DNA from: the human T2T-CHM13v2.0 reference genome, Homo sapiens
Direction: 5' to 3' (one strand)
NCBI RefSeq assembly: GCF_009914755.1
Contig: NC_060943.1
DNA: 64,000 nt
Position 1 is the stretch's first letter. Each line of letters opens with the position of its first letter. Positions 1-21,940 of this stretch are shown one piece after another. A program made the translations under genes and the position numbers. Under the pieces are notes generated by a model. That model was not told where the DNA came from, made no database searches, and saw only the letters and a program-made list of their open reading frames with translations.

Positions 1-68
1 GTATTTTTAATAGAGACAAGGTTTCACCATGTTGGCCAGACTGGACTCAAACTCCTGACCTGAAGTGA

Positions 69-471
<403 letters not shown>

Positions 472-579
472 TAAGGTTGAGCCCCTGGGCTGCACACTCA
501 GCCTTGTGGATGGATGACTGGCTTTGGGCCAAGGTTTGGCTTGCAGCTTCTCCTCACTCTCAGCCTAGAGGCAAAAACT

Positions 580-2145
<1,566 letters not shown>

Positions 2146-4007
2146 GAAAATACTTCTTGAACCAATTTTACAGATAAGACTAAAATATACTGAGGCCCAG
2201 CAACGAGCTCAAGCTCCCACAGCTACTGAGACACAGAGCTGGGGCAGGTGCCCAGGTATCCAGACTCCAGACATCAGGATTTGCTCATTTCATTGAGGCT
2301 TTAACAAAGACTCTGTGGATCTTTATTGAGCTCCTGTTACATACCAAGCACTGAAGACACACAGTGAACAAACCAATGTAGAAAGGACTCAGATAGCTTA
2401 AAATAATAATAGGCCAGTGCCCAGTAGCGTACACTTGTAATCCCAGCACTTTGGGAGGTCAAGGCGGGATGATCACTTAAGCCCAGGAGTTTGAGACTAG
2501 CCTGGGAAACATGGTGAAACCCCATCTCTACAAAAAATCTAAAACTTAGCTGGTCATGGGTCAGGCACTCCCAAAGTGCAGTGCTCCCACTGTACTCCAG
2601 CCTGAGCGACAGAGCAAGACTCCTTCTCAAAAAAAAAAAAAAAAAAAAGGTTAGCTGGTCATGATGGGGGCACATGCCTGTAGTCCCAGCTATTCAGGAG
2701 GCTGAGGTGGGCGGACTGCTTGCGCCTGGGGAGGTTGAGACAGTAGTGAGCCAAGATCACGCCACTGCATTCCAGCCCCAGTAACAGACTGAGACCCTGC
2801 CTTAATAAAAAGGAAAAAAAAAGTTAAAAATTTAAAAAATATTTGAATTCAGGATGGCAGGGACTACATCTGTATTTTTTGGCATCACAATTGGCATACA
2901 CTAGGTGCTCAATGGATGCTTATTGAATGAAAGGTTGAATGAATTAGTGAATGAGCAGATGTCACCCATCAGAAAGAATCACTGACCTTGGAGTCAGGAG
3001 ACCCATCTTCAAATCTGGGCTCCTCTGTTCCAGGCAATGAGCCTCATCTGTTTTTTGTTTTTTGAGACAGAGTCTTGCTCTACTGCCCAGGCTGGAGTGC
3101 AGTGGTGCAATCTTGGCTCACTGCAACATCCACCTCCCAAGGTGAATCAATTCTCTTGCCTCAGCCTCTCGAGTAGCTGGGATTACAGGCATGCACCACT
3201 GTGCCCAGGTAATTTTTGTATTTTTTGTAGAGACAGGGTTTTGCCATGTTGCCCAGGCTGGTCTCAAACTCCTGACTTCAGGTGAACTGCCCACCTCAGC
3301 CTCCCAAAGTGCTGGGATGACAGGTGTGAGCCACCGCACCCGGCCAAGCCTCATTTGTAAAGTGGACATGACAATAGCACCTACCTCTAAGCATGGGAGT
3401 GAAGATTCTAGATCACTCTAGCACCTGGCATGAAGTAAAGGCTTCAATAAATGTATACACCAACTCTCCCAGATCTTCTGAAAGAGAAGCACAGAAAACA
3501 GTCTGAACACAGCCTGGAAGGAGAATTCCTGTGCTGGGTGGGTTATTTTCCATGAACCCCGAGGACCTGGCTAAGTTTCAGGTCAGAGCTGTTTTTTTTT
3601 CCCCCAAAATTCTCTCATTTGCTCTGGTCCAAGTGGAGATCCTGGTTCCCAGTGTCCCCCCTGCCCCCACCCCCTTCCCGCCAGGCGCAGCAGGGAGCGT
3701 CCGCTGAGACAGCAAGAAAACCCACCCAAGAATGCAGAGGCCTCAGCTGAGGACAGCACTTGTAATTCAGCTTGGTCACCCTTTAAAAACAATTGTAAGG
3801 CCAGGAGTATAATCAATGTACTCGTGCCTGTAATTCCAGCTCTTTAGGAGGCTAAGATGGGTGAATGGCTTGAGTCCAGGAGTTTGAGACCAGCCTGGCC
3901 AACATGGTGAAACACCGTCTCTATCAAAAATAATAAGAATAATAGGCCGAGCACGGTGACTCACACCTGTCATCCCAGCACTTTGGGAGGCTGAAGCGGG
4001 CGGATCA

Positions 4008-5188
<1,181 letters not shown>

Positions 5189-5580
5189 TGATCCTCCCAC
5201 CTTGGCCTCCCGGAGTGCTGGGATTATAGGTGTGAACCACCGCGCCTGGCCTCGTGCCTTGATTTTTTTAAAGTCAAAGTCACCAGCAAGCCATGAACAT
5301 TATCTCTCTTCTTAAGGAAGAAAGGGACCAGGGGTGGTGGCCTAGGCAACATAGGGAGACCCCGTCTCTACAAATAATATATATATAAAAAAAAAAACTA
5401 GCTGGGTGGGGTGGTGCATGGCTGTGGTCCCAGCTACTAGGGAGGCTGAGCTGGGAGGATCCCTTGAGCCTAGGAGCTGGAGGCTGGACTGAGCTATGAT
5501 GGAGCCACTGTACTCCAGCCTGGGCAACAGAGTGAGACCTTGTCAAAAATAAAAAATAAAAAAATAAAAAATAAAAATAA

Positions 5581-7440
<1,860 letters not shown>

Positions 7441-7559
7441 CTCACGGTAACCAGAGCTGGACATGAAGTTCTACAGGAACTGCGAGAACATTAGCAGGTA
7501 CCGGGCCGAGTCATTTCCCTCTATTCCCACCAGGAGGCCTTGTAGTCCTGTTCCTTTTA

Positions 7560-8385
<826 letters not shown>

Positions 8386-8876
8386 TGACCTCAAGTGATC
8401 TGCCAGCCTTGGCCTCCCAAAGTGCTGGGATTATAGGCATGAGCCACCGCGCCTGGCTCCCGTTGTCAATTCTTTTAGTTAAGAATTTGAGCAGGTGTGG
8501 TGGCTCATGCCTGTAATCCCAGGATTTTGGGAGGCTGAGGCAGCCAGATCACTTGAGTCCAGGAGTTCAAGACCATTGCTAGAGCCTGTCTCTACCAAAA
8601 ATGGAAAAAAAAAAAAAAAGGCAGGTGCGGTAGTGTGTGCCTGTAGTCTCAGCTACTCAGGAGGCTGAGGCGGGAGGATCACTTGAGCTCTGGAGTTTGA
8701 AGCTACAATGAACTATGATCACATCACTGCACTCCAGCCTGAGCAACAAAGTGAGATCCAGTCTGCAAAAAAGCAACAAAGATTTCTGCATTCATTTTCT
8801 CAGCTTTTGAGCATCTTTTCCTCTAGTTGGACAATCTTATACTTAATCAGCTACTAATACTTTCAAAGGGCATTTA

Positions 8877-9213
<337 letters not shown>

Positions 9214-9238
9214 TCACAAGTCAAGCGAGGCTTAAGAG

Positions 9239-9478
9239 CAGGCATTAGCAAAACTACATTCTGCCACCCATTTTTGTAAATAACAAAACCATCTCATATT
9301 ATAAATAACATTTTATTTTGACAGAGTCACACTTGTTCATTTACATATATTTACATATTGTCCATTTACATATTTTCTATGGCTGCAATAGCAGAGTCCC
9401 AACAGAGACGGTATGGTCCGCAAAGCTGAAAATATTTACTTTCTGGCTCTTTCCAGAAAAATCTGCCAGCTCTTGGCC
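9239..9478. mobile_element. MER58A-like hAT-Charlie DNA transposon fossil
   Basis: GAGACGGTATGGTCCGCAAAGCTGAAAATATTTACT...AAAATCTGCC. Related pieces lie near 16285-16445, 49215-49300, 50300-50400 and 52980-53135. Confidence 0.6.
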
Positions 9479-10186
9479 TATGTGCATTTGAATAAATCTG
9501 TAGTAGGAATTCCTAGAAGGAGAAACATTCCCCACAAGGTTTTAAAAGTCCATTTGCGGTTGTTACAGGTCCGCCTGTAATAAAATCTCCAAAAGCTATT
9601 TATGAGGTCTTTTTTTTTTTTTTTTGAGACAGAGTCTCACCGTGTTGCCGAGGCTGGCGTGTGCAGTGGCAAGACCTCGGCTCAACGCAACCTCCGCCTC
9701 CCGGGTTCAAGCGATTCTCCTGCCTCAGCCTCCTGAGTAGCTGAGATTACAGGCATGCACCACCATGCCCGGCTAATTTTTGCATTTTTGGTAGAGACGG
9801 GGTTTCACCATGTTGGCCAGGCTGGTGTCAAACTCCTGACCTCAAGTGATCCGCCTGCCTTGGCCTCCCAAAGTGCTGAGATTACAAGCGTGAGCCACTG
9901 CACCTGGCCAAACTTTTCAATGTGTTTAAGTGAGATACTTGAGGAATATGGGATGGGAACAGTCTTGGCCACCCTGGGACCAGCTGCCCAGACAACAGAG
10001 GGAATTAGAACCCGATCCCCCATGCTAACAAGAACAGAAGCCCCCTCGAGATGTGTCACCTGCATGCACTGGTCTGGGGCCACTCGCTGCTTCCTGAACT
10101 CTCATCAGGACCCTCCAGTCCTCCTAACCCTTCAAGGTTGATACCCTTGAAACCCTCCCTTCTCATCACTGCCTGGGTATACCTTA

Positions 10187-10354
<168 letters not shown>

Positions 10355-10664
10355 TTAGCCGGGCGTGGTGGCACGTGCCATTGGTCCCAGCTACTCTAAA
10401 GGCCAAAGCGAGAGGATCGCTTGAGCCCAGGAGGGCGAGGTTGCAGGGAGCTGAGATCACACTACTGTACTTCCAGCCTGGGAGACAAAGCGAGACCCTG
10501 TCTCAAAAAACAAACAAACAAACAAAAACCCATCTCCTGGTTCTCCTTAATTTCACTTCCCTCTTTTCCAGCCAGAAGCTAAGGTAGCTGAAGGGGTAGA
10601 AATTGCAGATCTTTCTTTATGTAGCAAGAGAGAGGAACTGGGAAAGCAGTGAGTGTCCCTGTAG

Positions 10665-10859
<195 letters not shown>

Positions 10860-11198
10860 TAGTTTTAGTAGAGACAGGGCTTCCCCATGTTGGCCAAGGC
10901 TGGTCTTGAACTCCTGACCTCAGGTGATCCACCCGCCTCGGCCTCCCAAAGTGCTGGGATTACAGGTGTGAACCACTGTGCCTGGCCTGACAGGGGTCTT
11001 CTGATCACTCCTCAGTGCCTCCCAACCCACCATACAGAGCACAAAGTGTTAACCCTAAGGCAGAATGTGAACATGGGGAAACAAATGCAATTTTAAAAAA
11101 CAACCAGCCAAACAAAAAAATCCCTAATGGTGGAAATGCTGTTTGTTTTTTTTTCATTTGGTAGCAATGATTACCATCATGCTCCTCTCCTGCCACAA

Positions 11199-11552
11199 TG
11201 ACGTCAGCCCCTGATGCTGAAACTTGGTGACACTTCTGTGCTTGTCCCCAGTGAGGGCTGAGGTGCACAACCTGGGAACTCCTAGAACAAGTGACTGATG
11301 CCAAAGGTGTGGACCAGCCTCTGCAAGGACAGACACCTTTCTTTTGTGTGTCCCAGACTTTTTTTTTGGATGGTGGATTCTGATTTGCCTCCTTCCCCAA
11401 CGATGGCTATTAAAATACCTGAAACCATAAAATGCCCCTTTGTCAAGGATGGATCTAGGTTTTGTGAGGCGTAAACAAATACATTTCTGCCGCAAAGTTT
11501 ACATGAACAAGTGAGCAGGCGAACCTACTGCCGCGCTCCTCTCTGACCTTGA
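11199..11552. promoter_or_regulatory. Candidate enhancer (CRE + forkhead + ERR/SF-1 motifs)
   Basis: TGACGTCA 11199-11206, GTAAACA 11471-11477 and TGACCTTGA 11544-11552, all in non-Alu sequence. Confidence 0.4.
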
Positions 11553-11799
11553 AGGGTGGGCGCAAGCTCAGGTCTCATTCATTCACTATTTGTTGTTCAG
11601 TGCTCCCAAACACCCAATTGTTGCCCTTGACAACAAACACATGAATTTAAGAAGAGGAGTTCAGGCCAGGCACGGTGGCTCACGCCTGTAATTCCAGCAC
11701 TTTGGGAGGCCGAGGGGGGTGGATCACTTGAGATCAGGAGTTTGAGACCAGCCTGGCCAACGTGGTGAAACCCCATCTCTACTAAAAATACAAAAATTA

Positions 11800-12298
<499 letters not shown>

Positions 12299-12719
12299 TG
12301 ATCCGCCCGTCTCGGTCTCCCAAAGTGCTGGCATTACAGGCGTGAGCCACCGCGCCCGGCTGGTTAATTGTGCTTTTAAAAAATATCTCCCATCCCCATA
12401 AATATGTACACCTACTATGTGCCCACATAATTAAAAATTAAACAATTTTAATCCCCTAAAAATAAAAAAGGAGACCAAGCATGTGGAGAAATAAATGTCT
12501 CAACACACCATAAGGGTGTATTGGAGTGGCCCTTCTATGATTTTGACAATGATATTAAACGTCCTGGCCGGGCGCGGTGGCTCATCCCTGTAATCCCAGT
12601 ATTTTAGGAGGCCGAGGCAGGAGGATGGCTTGAACCTAGGACTTAGAGGTCAGCCCAGGCAACATAGCGAGACCGCGTCTCTACAAAAAAAAAAAAAAAA
12701 AAAAAAAAGCAAGTATCTT

Positions 12720-13090
12720 GCATTTGCAATTCGTCGGATGCCTGCAAAGTTCCGTGGGTGTGTGATGTAGGGATCTGGGGCACGGGAAGTTATTCTTGCT
12801 TCATTTCCTGACGCTGACCGGCTGGGCGGGGTCCCTGGGGCACCCGGGCACATTTGGACGTGTTTGGCAGGGAGAGTCCTGGCCCAGCCCCGGCACGTAG
12901 GGCCGCGCTTCCACGGGCCGCCGCCAGGAGACGCGCGAGGCTGTAGATGCGGCTTTGCAGAGAAGCTGGGAGGGTCGAGGGGCTGGGGCGGTCGAGGGGC
13001 GGGGCTGCGTGCAGCCGGCCCAGATTCCTTTCCGGCCAGTTCCTTCCAGGAGCTGCTCCCACGTCTACAGCGCCGTCTGCTACTCACCCA
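12720..13090. promoter_or_regulatory. Small CpG-rich island or promoter-like element ~2.2 kb upstream of the TSPAN16 start codon
   Basis: Non-repeat GC- and CpG-rich stretch with GC boxes (GGGCGGGG, GGGGCGGGGC). Confidence 0.6.
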
Positions 13091-13368
13091 GCTCTCTTGT
13101 ATCTGAGCCTCATTTTCCCACCGTCCTTTAAGCCCGTTTTCCCACTGCTCATTTGCAGCCAAGTTTCCATCTCGCATCTTTGCGTCCCCCTTCTCTGCAC
13201 CCTCCTTTGCACCCCCATTTTCCTGCTTTCCCTTGAGTCCACATTTCCCAGACCTCCTTTGCCCCCTACATTTTCCAATGCTCTCTTGCATGCCCATTTA
13301 TCACCCTCTTTTGTGCCCCCATTTCCAGGCCCTCAGCCCCTGGTTCTGAGGTTCCTTACTTCAAATGA

Positions 13369-13584
<216 letters not shown>

Positions 13585-14071
13585 TAGCCAGGATGGTCTC
13601 GATCTCCTGACCTCGTGATCTACCCACCTCGGCCTCCCAAAGTGCTGGGATTACTGGCGTGAGCCACCGCGCCTGGCTTCAAATGACCTCTTAAATAAAG
13701 GTGTGGAAGGACACACTCCTGGCTGTGAACAGCACCCGTGGTCCAGGAGGAGACAGCACTCCTCTGTGAACATCTTGCTTAGTTCTACATGTTCCAAGAA
13801 GCAGGCGATTTGACAAACATTCATTAAATTAATTAAAGTGTAAGGTATTTTCTCCCATTTGAACCATCCGCCTTCCCCCAATCCATGCAGGACCTGGACC
13901 CAGACACACCCCAGCCCAGGGCTGGACAGAGAGGGGATCGGGGTGGGGCAATGTGAAGCTGCTATGGTTAGGGTGGGGAGGTATGGGGGCAAAGTGGGCT
14001 ACAGACTGCAGGATCTAGGCCTGGAGGTCTTCAGTGCTGACATACAGAAGGTTTTTGGTCCTGAAATGCTA

Positions 14072-14308
<237 letters not shown>

Positions 14309-15271
14309 TCAAAGCCTGGTCTTGCTTCCTGTGTGGCCTCAGGCAGTTCCCTTGGCCTCTCTGAGCCCTGTATGAAGGATGGGCCAAGTATGGGCTTGGG
14401 CTTGGGAGGCCCGGTGGCTTGTAGCTAGATTTCTGCATCACAGAGCCTCTGGATCCATTCATTCATTCTCCGCGGGTTTCTTAAGTACTGCAGTGCCAGG
14501 CTTTGGGGACACAGCTGTTTTTGTTTTTGTTTTGTTTTGTTTGAGACAGAGTCTCACTCCGTCAACCAGGCTGGAGTGGAATGGCACGACCTCAGATCAC
14601 TGCAACCTCCACCTCCTGGGTTGAAGTGATTCTCCTGCCCCAGCCTCCCAAGTAACTGGGATTATAGGCGTGTGCCACCACACCCAGGTAATTTTTGTAT
14701 TGTTTGTATTGTTAGTAGGTCTCAAACTCCTGACCTCAGGTGATTCGCCCGTCTCTGCCTCCCAACATGCTTTGATTACAGGTGTGAGCCACTGCGCCTG
14801 GCAGGGGTCACAGCTGTTAATAGGACAGCCCAAGTTCCCCCCTCCCCCGCTTGGATCCCCCAGTCTACTAGGAGATGTCAACTGTGCAAGTGGTTAGCTC
14901 TGGGCACTATGCCCACAGGGTCCTGGTGGCATCTGGAGGGTACCAGGGTAGCATACCATGCCTGTTCTCTTTCCCTGCTGTGACCTGTTTGAAGGATGAG
15001 GAGCCAACAGGGGGCAGTTTGGGGCACCTGATTTCCCTGGACCATGAGCCTTGCTCCAGAACCCAATTGTGATGTGATAAAAGGCTTATGACCAGGGCAG
15101 GGGGCAGCTGCTGGGCCGCCTTGGACAACCATCAGGCAGCCAGGACACAGAGGGGCAGAGCAAGTCAGCATTGGCGCCCCTTCCTCAGATCCCTATCATC
15201 TTGGGAAACAGTAGCCCAGAGGTTCAGGAAGATGTTAACTTAAATGTTCGGGGTGCCCCAGTCTGTTCAGC

Positions 15272-15340
15272 ATGGCTGAAATCCACACTCCGTATTCTTC
15301 CTTGAAGAAACTGTTATCTTTACTCAATGGCTTCGTGGCT
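15272..15340 (+). CDS. TSPAN16: Tetraspanin-16 coding exon 1 (MAEIHTPYSSLKKLLSLLNGFVA)
   Basis: Strong Kozak context AGCATGG; 23 codons; donor GCT|GTAAGT; TM1 carries the conserved tetraspanin Asn. Confidence 0.95.
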
Positions 15341-16279
15341 GTAAGTATGTCACAATCCAGGCCCCTGGTTTGTTGCAGCCCTTCCTCCACAGTCAGCTCC
15401 CTGAAAGACAGAAATAAGTTGATCCAAATTGGCATCGAGATCTGTGGTTCCCTGGAGAAGCAGGAGGGATGTAGGGCAGACGGAGGAGGAGGAGCAGGGA
15501 GCGTGGGGACCTCCATCAACCGAGAGCTGGTGAAATCCAGCACAGATGAGTGTGATCTGGGGGAGCCCAGGTGGGTGATGGAAGAGCTTGGCTCTAAGTC
15601 AAATCCTGTAGCTGACCAAGTTGTTTGGGAAGGCCAGGAGAAAGGGTTATTTTCTTGATCTTTTAAATTTGTCACATTTTTTTCCTTACCGTAAAAGTAA
15701 CCCGAAATGTACATTGCTAAGGAATTGTCAGGCCGGGTGCGCTGGCTCATGCCTGTAATCCCAACGCTTTGGGAGGCCAAGGCGGGTGGATCACGAGGTC
15801 AGGAGTTCAAGACCAGCCTTGGTCAATATGGGGAAACCCCATCTCTACTAAAAATACAAAAAAATTAGATGGGCGTGGTGGCACGTGCCTATAATCCCAG
15901 CTACTCAGGAGGCTGAGGCATGTGAATTGCTTGAACCTGGGCGGCAGAGGTTGGCAGTGAGCCGAGATTGTGTCACTGCACTCCAGCCTGGGCAACATAG
16001 CAAGACTCTGTCTCAATAAAAAAATAAAAGAATAAAAAAATAAAAAGAAGTAGTTGTCTTCATTGTAGCATAGTCTAAGGAAAAGCTGCCAGGAAAGAGA
16101 AGGAAATGAAATATCACTCCTCCTCTTCACTTGTAACATTTTAAAGAGAATTAAGGCCGGCTGTGGTGACTCATGCCTGTAATCCCAGCACTTTGGGAGG
16201 CCGAGGTGGGCAGATCCATTGAGCCAGGAGCTCGAGACCAGCTATAGTGAGATCCCCATCTCTATTTAAAAAATAATAA

Positions 16280-16805
<526 letters not shown>

Positions 16806-16910
16806 TGATCTGTCATCCAGGCTGGAGTACAGTGGCACAGTCATAGCTCACTGCAGTCTCAACCTCATGAGCTAAAGTGATCCTCCCACTGCAGACACCT
16901 GAGTAGCTGA

Positions 16911-17651
<741 letters not shown>

Positions 17652-17854
17652 TGATCCACCCGCCTCGGTCTCCTAAAGTGCTGGGATTACAAGTGTTGAG
17701 CCACTGCTCCCGGTCGAATTGTTTTAAACTGGAGAGGCCAGGGTGGCCTGGGGTGGAGGGTCGGGGGAACAGAGACAACCCCTCACCTGCAGGGTATAAG
17801 ATCGGGAGGAGGCTGAGCAGGCTCCCAGGCCCTCTCTCCCCGTGTGTCTTTTAG

Positions 17855-17929
17855 TGCATCCTGTCAATGGTTATTGTCCTCATCATGGAAGTTACAGCTG
17901 CCACAGTGGTCCTTCTTTTCTTTCCAATT
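17855..17929 (+). CDS. TSPAN16: Tetraspanin-16 coding exon 3 (TM3, [25 protein letters not shown])
   Basis: TTTTAG acceptor, ATT|GTAAGT donor, 25 codons, conserved Glu in TM3. Confidence 0.95.
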
Positions 17930-18156
17930 GTAAGTACAGCCCTGCTCCTCCCACATAGCATTAGAAAGATAAAGAACCAAGGACGGGCACGGTGGCTCAC
18001 GCCTCTAATCCCAGCATTTTGGGAGGCTGAGTCTGGTGGATCACCTGAGGTCATGAGTTTGAGACCAGCCTGGCCAACATGGTGAAACCCCGTCTCTACC
18101 AAAAATACAAAAAATTAGCCAGGCGTGATAGCACGCACTTGTAATCCAGCTACTCA

Positions 18157-18258
<102 letters not shown>

Positions 18259-18620
18259 TTAAAAAAAAAAAAAAGATATAGAACCAATAGAAGTCCGCCC
18301 CTCCCCGCCAGGCACCCATGATCGATTGTGGGGACCCAGTGATGGAGGGGCCCATCACACGTGCCACCTTTGATGGTGTGAGAAGCTGAAATCCTCAGCC
18401 TGCCTCTCCAAGTCCTCACAAAACCTGCTGAGTTCATTTAGTTCATCTCTCTTGGGTTTGGTGGCAGGAGAAGGGGAGATGATCAGAAGTGTTTGCATAT
18501 TGATTGGGGTTTTGAAATGTATTCAAAATAGAGGGACAATTTAGCAAAATCCATCCAAATGACAAAAGCTTCAGCACTTTGACCTGGCAGTCCCATCTCT
18601 GGGAATTATTCAAGAACTCA

Positions 18621-19017
<397 letters not shown>

Positions 19018-19139
19018 CTAGTGAGTATGAATAAGGGTTTAGGCAAGTTAAAATACATCGACACAGTGGAATCCTGTACATCAGGCACAGGGAAGGAGGC
19101 GGCTCTCTGGGCACCAGATGGAATGCTCTCCAGGATAGA

Positions 19140-19460
19140 GTGCCGTCCTCATTGGCATCCTCCCCAGAGGCTGACCCTGAAACAATAATTCAAAGGCATG
19201 TGGTTTATTTGAGAGGTGATCCCAGAAAACACCTGCAGGAGACATGGCAAATGAGGCAGGTAAGGGAAGACAGCCCACAAAAGGGGATGCTGGGCACAGC
19301 ATAGAACATGCACCTAGGTTATTCCACTCAAGTGGAGAGGGAGCTGGGATATTGATCCACCAACTCCAACCAGCCATTGATGGAGGGCTGCTCCCAGGGG
19401 GCATGTGGGCTCAGAGGCCAGAGAATCCTCACTTGCTGGCACTAGGGAGTCAGGCCAGTA
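19140..19460. mobile_element. LTR16-like (ERVL) LTR fragment
   Basis: GTTTATTTGAGAGGTGATCCCAGAAAACAC and GGGAGCTGGGATATTGATCCACCAACTCC resemble the LTR16 family as I remember it. Confidence 0.5.
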
Positions 19461-20183
19461 GGCACAGAACTGACAAGGGCCACAGAGTTATGGGCAGGCC
19501 ACCAAGAGCCCCTGCTACTCCTGTCGAGAACAGCCAGACGCAGAAAAATGAGTGCAGCATAAACCAAAGAGGAAGAATAGTGAAAATATACTTTGCTTTG
19601 ACACACATAGAAGAACATCTCTTTGGGGACACAGGAAACAGTTAACAGTCATTGGCATGGAGTGGGAGGAAACTTTTGGCTGGGAGGAAGGGGTGGGAGA
19701 GAGACTTTTCATGGTCTGTTCTCCTGTGCATGTCAATTTCGAACCACGTGCCTCTATCATCGCTTTGCGAAAGGATTTTTTAAACCTTTATTTAAAAAAC
19801 AGAAAATTAAATGTGCCCCTTTTGTGCAGACAGAGATTCCGTGGAAGATGATATTCAATTCTTTAATGGAGTTACAGCCACATCGTGGGTGCAGCAGGGT
19901 GTAGGCGATTCCAAAGAGCAGATGATTCAAATTCGTGTGCGATGGGTACAGAGAGATATGCTTGGCTCCAGACCCACGCGTCTCCCTGTTTCCCTCTCTT
20001 GTGGTGGGGGCACAGTAGCCTTCGTGTGTCTTCCTCTAGCACAGACCCCTAAGCTGAGGGTAGGAAAAATGAAGGCAGCACGAGGGACGCTCCCACCTCC
20101 CACTCTATCCTCAAGAACCTCGGCCAATGAACGGGCCACTCTTGCTAGTTGGGGTACTGATCACTTCCTGTCCTATCTGTGAG

Positions 20184-20291
20184 GTTGGAGATGTGGCCTT
20201 GGAACACACCTTCGTGACCCTGAGGAAGAATTACAGAGGTTACAACGAGCCAGACGACTATTCTACACAGTGGAACTTGGTCATGGAGAAG
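20184..20291 (+). CDS. TSPAN16: Tetraspanin-16 coding exon 4 ([10 protein letters not shown]...TQWNLVMEK)
   Basis: GAG acceptor, AAG|GTGAGG donor, 36 codons in frame; start of the large extracellular loop. Confidence 0.92.
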
Positions 20292-20738
20292 GTGAGGCTT
20301 ACTTAAAAAAAAAAAAATTGTGGTGTAAAGGTACACAACATGGGCGGGCGAAGTGGCTCACACCTGTAATCCCAGCACTTTGGGAGGCCGAGGTGGGAGG
20401 ATCACTTGAGGTCAGGAGTTTGAGACCAGCTGAGCCAACATGGTGAAACCCCATCTCTACTAAAAATACAAAAATTACCTCCGTGTGGTGGCAGGCATCT
20501 GTAGTCTCAGCTACTCAGGAGGCTGAGGCAGGAGAATAGCTCGAACCCAGGAGGTAGAGGTTGCAGTGAGTTGAGATGGCACCACTGCATCCCAGCCTGG
20601 GCGACAGAGGGAGGCTCTGTTTAAAAAAAAAAAAAAAAAGCCAGTCACAGTGGCACATGCTTGTGGTCCCAGCTACTAAGGAGGCTGAGGTGGGAGGATC
20701 ACTTGAGTCCAGGAAGTCAAGGCTTCAGTGAACTATGA

Positions 20739-21143
<405 letters not shown>

Positions 21144-21307
21144 TAAGCACATTCGCATTGTTGTGCGACCATCACCACCATCTCTAGAACTTCCTTATCT
21201 TCCCAAACTAAAACTCTGTCCCATGAAACGCTCACTCCACATTCTCCCTCCCCAAGCCCCTGGCACCCACCATGCTCCTGTCTGTCTATATGAATCTGAC
21301 GACTCTA

Positions 21308-21714
<407 letters not shown>

Positions 21715-21940
21715 TTTTGAGACAGGATCTCACTCTGTTGCCCAGGCTGGAGTGCGGTAGGGGGATCATGGCTCACTGCAACCTCTGCCTCCCAGGCTGA
21801 AGCAACCTTCCCACCTCAGCCTCTTGAGTAGCTGGGACTGCAGGTTCGTGCCACCATGCCTGGCTAATTTTTTTTTTTTTTTTTGTAGATATGGGGTTTC
21901 ACCATGTTGCTCAGGCTGATCTTAAAAACTCCTGGCCTCA

